From assembly GCA_964016885.1 (NCBI GenBank), contig OZ024743.1, positions 231,074,001 through 231,138,000 of the forward strand: a stretch of DNA of 64,000 nt, given 5' to 3'. Positions 46,456-59,396 of this stretch are shown here, piece by piece; position 1 is the first letter of the stretch; each line of letters starts with the position of its first letter. A model generated the notes under the pieces. The model worked only from the letters and a program-made list of their open reading frames with translations, was not told the DNA's origin and ran no database searches. Source of the DNA: Eledone cirrhosa. Taxonomy: Eukaryota. A program made the translations under genes and the position numbers.

Positions 46456-46829
46456 TCAGGTTATCAATAATGTAGTGATAATATATCGTTACGTTAGAGA
46501 TGAACAGCGTACGTGCAGGTTTGCTCAACGAGTATAAATTATATTCCGGAGAAATGTAGAAAGGATGAATATAAAATGAAAGTGCTTTTGTTAAAAAAGG
46601 AATTTAATAGGTATTGACATATGTTTCTGTAACAGACCGAATACCTATGTATCCAAAATCTCTGAAGAAGTGACAACTGTTTATACATTTGCTATCGAAT
46701 ACTTGCTAACATTATATGATTACGCAAGCAGCGATACATAGGTATTCGGTCTGTTACAGAAACATATGTCAATACCTAATAAATTCCTTTTTTAACAAAA
46801 GCACTTTCATTTTATATTCATCCTTTCTA
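46450..46829. mobile_element. Foldback element in (TA)n with ~97-bp arms and a hammerhead-like 3' half
   Basis: 46557-46653 is inverted at 46733-46829; aggtatt...GAAAC-ATAT-GTC aatacct. Confidence 0.75.
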
Positions 46830-46845
46830 TATATATATATATATA

Positions 46846-47032
46846 TATTAATAAGAGGAATTCCAAACTTTGTCTGATTTACTGGTTTTATTTACAATCC
46901 TTTAAAATTTATAATGGTATTATAATGAAATAGTATGATAGAATATTAAATGTTAAATGTTAATTGAACAAGTACTTTCATGCTTTCGCAATCTTCAGAT
47001 TCATAATGTGTGGTGACAGTCAAGTTTGCAAT

Positions 47033-47070
<38 letters not shown>

Positions 47071-47460
47071 ATGATATTAATAAATGGAAAATATCTTTAT
47101 AAAACCATATTTATTTTATCATATATATTTCTATTTTCGTATTTTATCCGATGAGGGCGTACCAAAATATTGATACCCTTGGAATATATATAATAAAATA
47201 AATATGGTTTTATAAAGATAGTTGCCATTTATTAATATCATTGATATATATATATATATATATATATATGAAAATTGCAAACTTGGCTGTCACCACACAT
47301 TATGTACCTGAAGATTGCGAAAGCATGAAAGTACTTGTTCAATTAACACTTAACATTTAATATTCTATCATACTATTTCATTATAATACCATTATACCTT
47401 TTAAAGGATTGTAAATAAAACGAGTAAATCAGACAAAGTTGGAATTCCTCTTATTAATAT
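46846..47460. mobile_element. Foldback element with ~190-bp hammerhead-bearing arms around a (TA)n centre that holds a second foldback element (47069-47243)
   Basis: 46846-47040 is inverted at 47266-47460; the inner element belongs to the 29393 family and has a decayed CCGATGA...GGAATATATATA motif. Confidence 0.85.
46965..47003 (-). ncRNA. Minimal hammerhead ribozyme (mirror copy on the plus strand at 47303-47341)
   Basis: tgaat CTGAAGA t-tgc-GAAA-gca-t GAAA-GTAC-TT gttca; GNRA-capped helix II and palindromic AAGTACTT. Confidence 0.65.
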
Positions 47461-47468
47461 ATATATAT

Positions 47469-47736
47469 ATATTGGTAAACGGAATAGAAAATGCTGACAA
47501 ATTGTTCACAGTTGAAAAATGGTTTAATTAGGAATAAAAGAGTATTAGTGATTGTATGGGTTAGTATTCAGTTGTGGTTTTAAGTTTTTAAGCTTTTACC
47601 GGTTGCGCATTTCTAAATGCTTTTCAATTAAACCATAATTAAACCATAATTCAATTAAACCATAATTAAACCATAATTAAACCATTTTTCAACTGTGAAC
47701 AATTTGTCAGCTTTTTCTATTCCGTTTACTAATATA
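47469..47736. mobile_element. Foldback element with ~60-bp arms, an internal 11-bp tandem repeat and a decayed U3-A8 hammerhead
   Basis: 47469-47530 is inverted at ~47675-47736; (aattaaaccat)n; minus strand TTGAAAA gcattt-ag-aaatgc GCAAC CG GTA. Confidence 0.7.
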
Positions 47737-47767
47737 TAATAACTTGTGTGTTACACCTCTATTCTTT

Positions 47768-47857
<90 letters not shown>

Positions 47858-47965
47858 TTTTGAGTTTATGTTGGTTGTATACCAACACCTAGTATGCAGG
47901 CTGGAGCACTCGACGAAGTGCGCAGGTTGGTTTGGTTACTCCGGAGTAGTATATATTACCTCTCA

Positions 47966-48129
47966 TTCGGGCGCCATGCTTTGACGTATAGAGTTACGGC
48001 TCTTGCCATTCTGAGTTCAAATCCCGTCGAGGTTAACTTTGCCTGTTATCCTTACGGGGTCAATAAAATAAAGTACCAGTAATGCACAGGGTAATTGCTG
48101 GCCTTGAGCCCAAATGTAGAAACAATTAT
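47966..48129 (+). mobile_element. Family-A SINE copy, 5' part decayed
   Basis: gagttcaaatcccgtcgaggttaactttgcc...aataaagtaccagtaatgcac. Confidence 0.8.
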
Positions 48130-48156
48130 ATATATATATTTATATATATATATATA

Positions 48157-48710
48157 TAATGAGAGGTACACACATATATGTGCATACATACATACACATG
48201 TATATATATACAAATATACTTTTTCACAAGTATGTGAGATTGTGTGTTGTCGACCTTAACCAGTGTTTCTCTGTGATTATGAGTGACAAGATAATCGAAA
48301 TAATTAAATTGACTCGATATCAGAGCTATATAACAATTGTAAATTAAGAAGAAATATCAGGCAGAGATATATAGCTATTTTTTCTTCAATGTACCGACTG
48401 TACAGTTTCGCTGGTCAGTATGCAAAAATCTTACATCATAGAGATGCAACATTGTTGTGAGGTAAGCCAGATTTTCAAGGGAACATCTCACGGATCGAGC
48501 GTTTCCACACACATACGTAGCATGCGAGAAAATCTCAAAAAGGCGAAGGGCGATACTATCACGGATGTGTCTGGAAGCACTCTTTCCCTGGGGTGTTCCC
48601 TTGAAAAGCTGGCTTACCTCACAAAAATGTTGCATCGCTATGATGTAAGATTTTTTGTTTACTGACCAGCGAAACTGTACAGTCGGGACATTGAAAAAAA
48701 AAATAGCTAT
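48157..48710. mobile_element. Foldback hammerhead element in (TA)n: tail plus ~115-bp inverted arms
   Basis: 48370-48485 is inverted at 48593-48710; homologous to 45025-45477. Confidence 0.85.
48594..48690 (+). ncRNA. Type I hammerhead, U3-A8 variant with a large loop II
   Basis: tgttccc TTGAAAA GCTGG-(53 nt)-CCAGC GAAAC-TGTACA-GTC gggaca. Confidence 0.75.
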
Positions 48711-49009
48711 ATATATATATATATACATACATTTATATATATATATATAGTTCAAGGAGACAACGTATAGAGGTACAAAACGTCCTATTAGTTTCATGCT
48801 TTATATTAGAAAGAGGAATGAATGTTAGACGTGTCGGGTTTAAGCTCTTCTTCAGGAGTACAAAATACAGATATGATCTACATGGATAAACAGAAAAAGG
48901 GTCCAGCAAAGATAAAATATAATTATATACGTGCATGTGTGTGTGTGTGCGCGCATCTATATCTCTCTGCTCTCTCTCTCTCTCTCTCTCAATCTCTCTC
49001 TCTCTCACA

Positions 49010-49044
<35 letters not shown>

Positions 49045-49569
49045 TATATATATAGTTTTTTGCTCTGATTATTTAATTTATTAATTCTCCATTGAGCTAC
49101 ATCGTGAAAAGTTGCCAAGACACATATATACCTGTGACTTTGTTTAATTGGTGTATGTGTAAATATTTATATTTAATAATCTCCCATAAGGTTCAGATAA
49201 AAATTTGGGCGATATTGGGCTGCGCTTTCTAGCAACCAACCCACTCGCCGTAAGCAACCAATCACACCCTTCCTGACTTGACCACTGCCACGTCACAGTT
49301 CTCAACCATTTTGAATTCGTGTTTGGCGGTGGTCACTTCGGAAAATAATATGTCCTAGCGAGTTTATCCCCCGAAGAGCACTAAACTCGAATATTAACCT
49401 TAATAAGGTATCTCAAAAGTGAGCGAAACCCTAGGGTCGGGATTTAGTGATTTAATCCTGGTATGTATATAAGCATTTCTAACATTAATCTTTACCTAAT
49501 TATCTATGGTTGACCGTATATTTAATTCATTTCCACGTGCTGTTGAAAGGTTGGGTAAATATTCTATAG

Positions 49570-50541
49570 CGGTTGGAAAAAATTCTATAGAGGTGGAAAA
49601 AATTGTATTTTGAAGAGTTAAACGGCTGCCATGCCGTCCCTGAACAAAAAATGCAAAGTGTAAAGCTACTATAAGATGCGCAATGATAGGTTCTATGGTA
49701 GTATAAAATTTCAACCAAATAAATTGATTTATGTGTGAGGTGAAGACGAAGTTTCGAATTTGAACTAAATCGGTTGAAAAATGTGGGATCTAATGAGAGG
49801 TCGCCGTCCCTGAACAAAAAATGCAAAGTGTAAAGCCACTATAAGATCTGCAATGATAGGTTCTATCGTAGTATAAAAGTTGAACCACATAAATTGATGT
49901 ATGTGTGAGGTGGAGCCGAAGTTTGAATTTGAACGAAATCGGTTGAAAAATGTTGGAACTAGAGATGAAAATGCGGAAATTTAAAGGAAAAGGTGGTATT
50001 TTCGAATATTTAAGCGGCTGCCACGCCGTTCCCGAACAAAAAATCCAAAATGTAAAGTCATTTTAAGACGTGAAATAATCAGATTTAGCGTAGTGTAACA
50101 TTTGAACAAAGTAGGTTGATTAATGTGGGTGCTATAGCGGGAAAAGTGGAAATTTGAGTCTAAAATGGTATTTTTGAATATTTAAGCGGCTGCCACGCTG
50201 TCCCTGAACAACAAATGCAAAATATAAAGTCATTACAGCATGTGCAATGATAAATTCTATTCTGCTTCAAAGATTGAAAGAAATCGGTGACAAAATATGG
50301 GAGCTAGAGCCAAAAATCTTATTTATCGATACCTAAAAAAATGTCATCCCCTATCGATTTTTATCTGCAGAATGACCCCGGATTGAAAAAGAACGATACG
50401 CTGATACATAGAAAAGACTGCCCGATGACAAATCTATACGCCCGTAAAGTTTCGTGAAAATCGGTCGTAAGATGTAGGCCCCTATAGGCAATACATATAC
50501 TTAATTTTACACACACATACTTAATTTTATATATATACAGA
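49570..50541 (-). mobile_element. Probable non-autonomous Helitron-like element with four diverged ~170-220-bp internal tandem repeats
   Basis: gccgtccctgaacaaaaaatgcaaagtgtaaag recurs at ~49633, 49803, 50025 and 50197; minus-strand start A|TCTGTATATATATAAAA; 3' CTAG end not identified. Confidence 0.55.
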
Positions 50542-50554
50542 TATATATATATAT

Positions 50555-51442
<888 letters not shown>

Positions 51443-51699
51443 ATTGGTTTTCTTATTGGAATAGTTGTCCAGGCGTCGACAAAACGCTGTAAATAATCAT
51501 TAAGGTCATCATCATGGTGGACACTATTCTAATCCTTAGGTTTATCAATGTCGTTTCCTCCTCCTGCTCATCCTCCTCCTCCTCTTCTTCTTCTTCTTCT
51601 TCTTCTTCTTCTTCTTCTTCTTCTTCTTCTTCTTCTTCTCATTAGTACTCATAATCATTTACTGTAATGATCTTATTAACATTGAATCATATAATTGAC

Positions 51700-51910
51700 T
51701 CCCTATCAAGTTATGTAACCTCATATAAACAGTACTTCCCCCCAGGATATTTGGTGCTCCCAAAAGTATTGTGTGTAATGTTGTCATGTTGGGGCTAATT
51801 CCATTTCCATCATGGTTTTCTGTCACCGACCCAATTGCTTCAATTACAATTGTTACCACTCTTGTTTTTATATTCCACATTCTCTCGACATCTATTCTCA
51901 AGATTTCTCA
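51700..51910 (-). mobile_element. Old R4/Dong LINE 3' fragment
   Basis: LRIDVERMWNIKTRVVTIVIEAIGSV...ILLGAPNIL. Confidence 0.6.
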
Positions 51911-52553
51911 CAACCATTTTCACGTTTTCTTTACCAGTGATGTAATGTCCTCTCGACACGTCTTAGCTTCCTTCGTGGCTCTTTACATTTCTTCGCTTCA
52001 GTTTCCTTAACACCTACACCAGAAGTCCTTGATCGTTGATTAACATCTTGAATCGCTGAAAACTTCCGTTTCTACATACATGTGTTATTTAGGTTGCTAA
52101 ACTACTTCTCCCTCGTGCCGTTTATTTGATCCAGGATCAATTAACAGATATTGTTTCTTCCTTTTCTTCATTTTCATTTTCATTCACACTCACAGCAATC
52201 ACTCTTTCCACATTTAGTAGTTATATCATTTTGTCCCTCATCAGTGGTTTTCTACCTTCCATATTCGCCTTCTAAGTGACCTTCAGCATTAATATTCATA
52301 CTTTGAAATTCAACTTCCAAGGGCTCAAATTCAAACTTCCTGAGCCAATTACTCCAATAAATTTCATTATCAGTTCCATCTAATTGTTTCCATTGATTTC
52401 AAACATTCCAATCTACTTCCAATGCGGGACCATCCGGTCACCCACCCGCCGTGCTCCTACTTCTTTTGCAAAAATGTGACACTTGATTTCGATTTTATCT
52501 TATTTGCTCTATTTCCTTCTATCTCCGGTTTCGCTACGTCGCTTTATCACAAT

Positions 52554-52775
52554 AAGGGCGGTGGGTTGGAAGAACCGATAGAGTGTCTGACAATAGGCTT
52601 TGGAGCATAGTGTTACAAACCTTTACATTCTGAGTTCAAATCCCGCCGAAGTTAACTTTGCCTTTCATCCTTAAGGGGTCGATAAAATAAAGCCCCAGTA
52701 ATACACTCGGGTCGTCTTTACTCTCCCCTAAAATTGTTGGCCTCGTGCCTAAATCAGATACAATTATTATTATTA
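52554..52775 (+). mobile_element. Family-A SINE, full length, with an (ATT)n tail
   Basis: agggcggtgggttgg...gagttcaaatcccgccg...gtcgataaaataaag. Confidence 0.85.
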
Positions 52776-53395
52776 TTACAGTTGCATTTATCTTGCTTTA
52801 TGTTGATACAAGTTATCACCAAGTCACAACCAGTAACCTCAAGAGACAACAAGGTCCAGCAATTTCAAGAAAGAACATACATACACACACATGCATCTTT
52901 AGGTGTTTAGACTTGTGATGTACTTATATTGACAGAATCTTCCTTAGTATATGGGCAGTTTCCATTAGTACTATCTTTTGTATTTATCTTATACGCGGGT
53001 TTAGTTTTTGTAATGGAGTATGATTTTTGATGATGATCTCGTGTTTCAAAACAAGTTTGATCATCGAATCATGTGATTCCCTTAGATATGTAGATAATCG
53101 AATTGCTGCAGTTTTCAACGCAATATATAACTGGATTAACCCACATCCTCCTTCTTTCCCAGGGAGATATATTCTATCTGTATCTGCCTTAGGGTGATGC
53201 ATTCTGTGCATATTTGAGAATTTTCTAATTTTTGTATCGATCGTACTGATCTCTGTACTTGACCAATTGATGACATTGTAACTGTAGGTTACTATTGGTA
53301 TGGCAAGCGTGTTTATGGCATCAATCCCGTTCCTTGCATCCAATTCCGTTCTTAAGATCGCTCTTACTCTGTGGTAACATTCCTTCTTTATCCAT
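52776..53395 (-). mobile_element. Truncated, internally deleted R4/Dong LINE copy
   Basis: 52776-53000 matches 53660-53890 and 53000-53395 matches 54690-55072. Confidence 0.85.
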
Positions 53396-53400
53396 ATTAT

Positions 53401-53565
53401 AGGGCGATGGTCAAACGCCATGCTTTCCAGCATAGTTACGTCCCTTTACGGTCTGAGTTCAAATACCGCCGAGGTTGACTTTGCCTTTCATCCTTACCGG
53501 GTCGATAAAATAAAGTACCAGTAATGCACTGGGTAATTGCTGGCTTTGTGCCTAAAGTAGAAACA

Positions 53566-53655
<90 letters not shown>

Positions 53656-53660
53656 GTTAT
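53401..53660 (+). mobile_element. Family-A SINE with a 5' internal deletion and a long (ATT)n tail
   Basis: Close to 22809-22996. Confidence 0.85.
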
Positions 53661-56409
53661 TATTACAGTTGCATTTATCTTGCTTTATGTTCATACGAGT
53701 TATCACTAAGTCACAACCAGTGACCTCAAGAGACAACAAGGTCCGCCATGTTCAAGAAAGAACATACATACATACACATGCATCTTTAGTGTTTAGAATT
53801 GTGATGTACTTATATTGATAGAATCTTCCTTAGTATATGGGCAGTTCCTATTAGTACTATCTTTTGTATTTCTCCTATACGCGGGTTTCCTGGGATTTGC
53901 GATAAGTAATCATTAGACCCCTTAGGTATCATTCCCAGAGCGCCTACAACCACTGGTATTGTTTTAGTTCTCAATTTCCACATTTTTCCAATTTCTATCT
54001 CCAGGTCTTTATACTAGCTCAATTTTTCAAATGTTTTTATAGATACATTCTTGTCTATTGGAACAGACATATCAATTAGCAGGCATACCCTCTTTTTAAA
54101 GTCCTTCAATATTATATCAGGTCTATTTGCATCTATTTTTCGGTCTGTTTGGATGCTAAAGTTCCACAAGATTCAGATGTGATATTTTTCAAGTATGGGA
54201 GGTGGTTGATGCTCCCACCAATTCTTTTGATGGGGCAGGTCAAAATGCTTACACGTTATCCAATGTATGTATTGTGCATCTCTGTCATGCCTGTTTAGGT
54301 ATTCGGTTGGAGCTATAGGACTGCACATTGAAATTATATGGTCAATGGTCTCTGGTTGTTTTTAGCATACACGGCATAATGGGTTGCATCCATTTTTTAT
54401 TATGTTGGCAGACCCTGATCTTGTGCTGATATAATTAGTCCTTCAGTCTCCGATTTCAGTCCAGAGGATGCCAACCACTGATGTGTTAAGGTTTTGTCAA
54501 CATCAGGATTGTTAGCTCGCTCTGGGTATTTTCCATACAGAGGCTTTTCTTGCCATTTCTTCGCCAGTTTCTGTAGCAGTTCTTTCTTTGCAGTTACTTT
54601 TACCTGCTTTGCTTTTTCTGTGTTTTCCATTTCAGCAGTAAATGGGACTTCTGAAATGTGTAGTCCATTACTGTATCTTTGTGCATCTTTTGTAATGGAA
54701 TATGATCCTTTGATGCTTTCGTGTTTCAAAACGAGTTTGATCATCCAATCATGTGATTCCCTTAGATATGTAGATAATCCAATTGTTGCAGTTTTCAACG
54801 CAATGTCTAACTGGATTAACCCACGTCCTCCTTCTTTCCTAGGGAGATATATTCTATCTATATCTGCCTTAGGGTGATGCTTTCTGTGCATGGTTAAGAG
54901 TTTTCGAATTTTTGTATCGAGCCTACGGATCTCTGTGCTTGACCAGTTGATGACATTGTAACTGTAGGTTACTACTGGTATGGCAAGCGTGTTTATGGCA
55001 TCGATCCTATTCCTTACATTCAATTCCGTTCTTAAGATTGCTCCTACTCTGCGGTAACATTCCTTCCTTATCCTTTCCCTCATTGTCGAGTGCTTGATTC
55101 CGTCTCCTTCACAAATACCTAGATATTTGTAAGTTTTTTCTTGATCAAGTTCCCTTATCACGTTCCCCCGATCAAGATTAATGTCTGAACTCTTCAGCAG
55201 CTTTCATCTGGTGAACGTTGCTTTGGCGCATTTATCTAGTCCAAACTCCATTTTAATGTCATCACTGAACTGCTCCACAGTGGATAATAGCCCTTGCAAT
55301 TGTTCATCATTTTTTGCAAATAGTTTCAGGTCATCCATGTAGAGCAGGTGATTAATGGTTTTGTCATAGACTTTATATCCATGTTTTGTTTCATTGGGCA
55401 TTTTACTTAATGGTATAAGCGCGATGCAGAATAAAAGCGGTGATAAAGAGTCACCCTGAAAAATTCCACAATTAATATTAACTTCTCCAGCTTCCAGTGA
55501 TTTTGTTTCACTATTCAAAAGGAGTGTCGTTTTCCATGTCTTCATACTGAATGACAAAAACCTCCTGACAACGGGGGATATTTTGAAAATCTCTAAACAT
55601 TTTTCAATCCAACTGTGTGGCAAACTATCGAATGCTTTTTTATAATCTATCCAAGCAATCGATAGATTTTTGTGTCTATTATGACAATCTTCCAGTATCA
55701 TTTTGTTAACCAGAAGCTGATGTTACAGCCATATGAGCCTCGTTTACACCCTTTCTGCTCAATGGGAAATAGGTCATTTGTTATCAGGTGGTCATATGTG
55801 CATTCAGTTAGGACTGATGTTAAAATTGTATACATTGTGGTCAAGCAAGTTATCGGTCTGTAATTTTTGGGATTGTTTGTCTCATCATTCTTCGGAAGCA
55901 GGAATGTAATGCCGTTAACTAGCCTTGATGGTATCTTTCTGGCTCCTTAACTATTTCATTGTAAAGTTGGGCTAACAGCTCATGAGACTCTGTGAAGGCA
56001 TTTATCCAAAAGTTTTGTATGTTGTCTTTTCCTGGGGATTTCCATTTGCTGGTTTTTCTTAGAGCCAAGCGCAACTGTTCAACTGTTATATTTTCCCATA
56101 TTTGTTCCTCAAGGTGAGCTGTATCTTTCATTTGTCTGTCTATCCATGGGGCATGTATGTTATGAACTTTTTCTTCGGCCCAGATCTTTTCCCAGAATTC
56201 TTGCACTTCCTCCTTGGGTGGTATTGATTTAGCAGTTATTGTTGACTTACCAATTTTTCTGTAGAAGTTTCTTTGGTTGTTTTTGAACATATTATTGTCC
56301 TTATAGAATCTAAATCGTTTTTCAAAGCGCCTTATACGAGCAGCTTTGGCCGACACTTTTTGCTTGATTATTTCTATCAGCATGTCTATGTCACATGTTG
56401 ATTTTATAC
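53661..56409 (-). mobile_element. 5'-truncated R4/Dong-clade LINE (RT plus CCHC and restriction-like endonuclease), few disruptions
   Basis: WKSPGKDNIQNFW, AWIDYKKAFDSLPHSW, GIFQGDSLSPLLFC, HLLYMDDLKLFAK, SETEGLIISAQDQ and RPDII...LIDMSVP...YKDLEIE; (TAA)n tail. Confidence 0.92.
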
Positions 56410-57027
56410 TGTCCGAGCATTGCTGACTTGTGGGTTTATGTCGAACACCTGCTGTCACGTGTAGGACGGATCCAGCTATCAGCTGAGTCCATCGTGAGGA
56501 TTGCCCCGCCCCCTTCCTTTAGCCGGGAAGGGCAGGCAGTTTTTATCTGTCTGGTGGCCATGGCGAAAGAGATAGTATGGTGGACACGTTTGAAAGGGCT
56601 GAAGACGAGCACTTACCTCTTCGGTGATGCCCTGATTAACTTTTTCAAATTTCATTTGAAAAGGAAAATCAGGGTAGAGAGGGAAGTGCTCTCTTCCCAG
56701 CATTTTGTTGAAAGATGGGTGAGAGAAGCAAGTATGGCCCGAATGAATGGGCCTTCTCTGAGTATGTGTCTGTAAATTAAAGGTGAAAACTGGGAGAGGG
56801 CACTTGCCCTGGTGGTCAGGGCCACTGTGGTCTTTTAATGGGCTTTCTCCACAAATGTCCCTCGGAAGTCTCCCCCCTATTGGAGAATTTTTCTTTGTCA
56901 TTTTATTTCAACCTCCGTTTTTTTTACACGCAGAAATGCCCATTTGTACCGTCCTGTATTTTCCTGTACTGTCCTTAATATCTACTTTATGTAAACCCTT
57001 GTGGTTAATAAAGAAAACATTATTATA

Positions 57028-57066
<39 letters not shown>
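56410..57066 (+). mobile_element. 5'-truncated Tx1/L1-clade LINE copy with an (ATT)n tail
   Basis: Close match to 62451-63130. Confidence 0.9.
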
Positions 57067-57281
57067 GAATGCCATGGTTGACGGAGGCTCGGCTCTGTAA
57101 GGTATAGTAATTTTTAACCGTTAAAACAATTGTAAATTGTTTAAAACTTGAACCAAATTGTTGATAAAGACACCCTCCTCCTCGTGAGAGGGGTCTTTCT
57201 GTCCGTTATTTGGCCCTTCGGGGTTAAATAATCAGTTATTGGGGTTTTGTACCCAAAATTTCATTTTAAACAAAAAACAAC

Positions 57282-59361
57282 ATGGCCACGAAAAAGAAAT
57301 TTCATACGTCACTCCCACTCATTCCGTCTTCTTCTTCCTCAATCATCACTACAGCAGAGAGAAGATTGTCTCTCTCCCTCCCTTCTTTAAATGTGTCTCT
57401 CTCCCTCCCTTCTCTTTCGCAAGTGACGAAAGAAAAGAAAAGTCTCGTGCAAAGCGTGCAAGGTTTCTCCACGACGACGACGACAGCGACGAAACAGGTG
57501 TGCGGGAAATACGAAAACCCAGTTCATTCGTCTGACGTCAGGAATAATAGCAGTAGCAGCCGTAATAACAACAGCAACAGTGACAATGAAAACAACAGTA
57601 GCAGCCGCAACAGCATCACCAGCAGCATAAACAACAACAGCATTAGCAGCAGCAACAGCAACAACAACTACAGCAACAGCGGCGGAGGCAGTAGTCGTAG
57701 TACCTGCAGCAACAACAAAAGTACCAGCAGCTCTGACGACAACAACAACAGCAGAGAAAAACCAATCTCATTTGCAGGTATTGCGAAAAACTTGGAAACA
57801 ATCCTCATAACAAATGAGGAATTAGAGGAAGCGAAGAAGATGGTGACAAAGAACGAACACCGAGCAATCTGCAAGGCAGCGAAAAATTTTTTCGAAACCC
57901 AAGAGCACTGTACGGTCACGTACCGTACAGTAAGTACAAAATCCCGTAGGGTGGAAAGAGCCACAGAGGCCCAAATACAAAAAGCCTTGGGGTCTGTGTG
58001 GCAGCGGAAAACGCACATCACCCGAGGCAAAAAATATGCCACCGTAGACGTACTTTTTGCCACACCCCAGGAGGCAAAGGCCCAATCAGTAGTGACCCTA
58101 AGGAGCGAGGAAATGGTGTTGGTGCCCTCCTACTGTGGGCAAAAAATTGTGAGGGTCAAACTGACCCACGTCCCCCCCCGGAATGACCCCTTCATGGCTG
58201 GCCGCGTCTGTCCTCGTTGGAATCGAGGACAAAACAACTGTACTGCAAGTACAGAAAAAAGTAAGAGAAGATTGGGTCGGCTCCTCCATTGAGATGCTAA
58301 TCCAAACCAACCAGGAGTGCATCGAAGCTATCCCGGATGTGATAGACTTCGATAACGGCACTCAACTGCCCATAAGTGTTGAGGGCAAACGCCCGAAATG
58401 CTTTCGCTGTGGATCGAAGACTCACCTCAGGGCCTTCTGCAACGAGAAGACCCTGAGAAAGGAGAAAACCCCCCTCCTTCCGAATCCGGCTCCACGGCTA
58501 CCAGCAACAGGACAAGCGGCAACCAGGAACGATAGGCCCGTGGCACCCATACCCACTCCACGGAAATCAAAAACAGCAGCAGCAGTGGAAATACTAACAA
58601 CAACAACAGCAATACCAAATGCAGCTGCAACAGAGACTCCAGTGCAAACATCACCAACAACAACAAGTGAAAGAGTGGAGCTCACAGAATCAGACATGGA
58701 GTGTGAGGTGGGAGAGAGATGGCCAAAGGTCGTAAGAAGGCACAAACGCAGAAGCAGCGCATCGTCGCCTTTGAAAAGGGAGGAAAGAAATGAGAAAAGG
58801 GTAAAGTCTACTGCAAAGAGACCCACAGCAGCAACAACACCAACACCATCACCACCCACACTAGCGCCACCATCACCACCGGCGACAACCCCACCGCCAA
58901 CAACACCTTCAACACCACCACCACAAGCACCAACATCGCAAACACAACAACAAAACACACACACCCAGCAACAACGACAAGAAAATAGCAGAACCACACC
59001 CCACCCCCAGAAAAACAAATGCACGGCAATAAATACACACAACAAGAAACTAATGACTTACATAATTGAACACACAGACATTTCACAACAGGACTACATA
59101 ATACCAGCACCAATCAAAACGCCAACTAACATAAGACTGCTAAAAATAGCACAGAAACAATACACAAATATTAAAACGAAATTCCCCAACGCAGTTGGTG
59201 ATTTCAGGGACCTAGGAGGAACCATCAATCGAAGAGTATACTCAGACATTCTCTTAGAAGAGCCGACGACCAGCCGAAGGGACGATTCAACGGTCCCTTC
59301 ACCAGACGATCAAGTGAAAAGGGATGTAAAAACCATCCCTCCTCTACCAAAAGTACGGTAA
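57282..59361 (+). pseudogene. LINE ORF1 (gag-like, CCHC knuckle, Pro/Thr-rich), split by one frameshift
   Basis: Overlapping ORFs 57282-58292 and 58183-59361 change frame near the C8 run at 58172-58179; CFRCGSKTHLRAFC. Confidence 0.75.
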
Positions 59362-59396
59362 GTGGTCTTTCCCATCTTTTCCACTCTATTTTAAAC

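Noticed and set aside
47627-47685. CRISPR-like or telomeric repeat
   Set aside because: 11-bp tandem repeat without spacers, inside a foldback element in eukaryotic DNA
57166-57200. HDV-like ribozyme in the LINE 5' UTR (contains TCCTCG)
   Set aside because: No P2 strand or GG for P1.1; a simple hairpin explains the pairing
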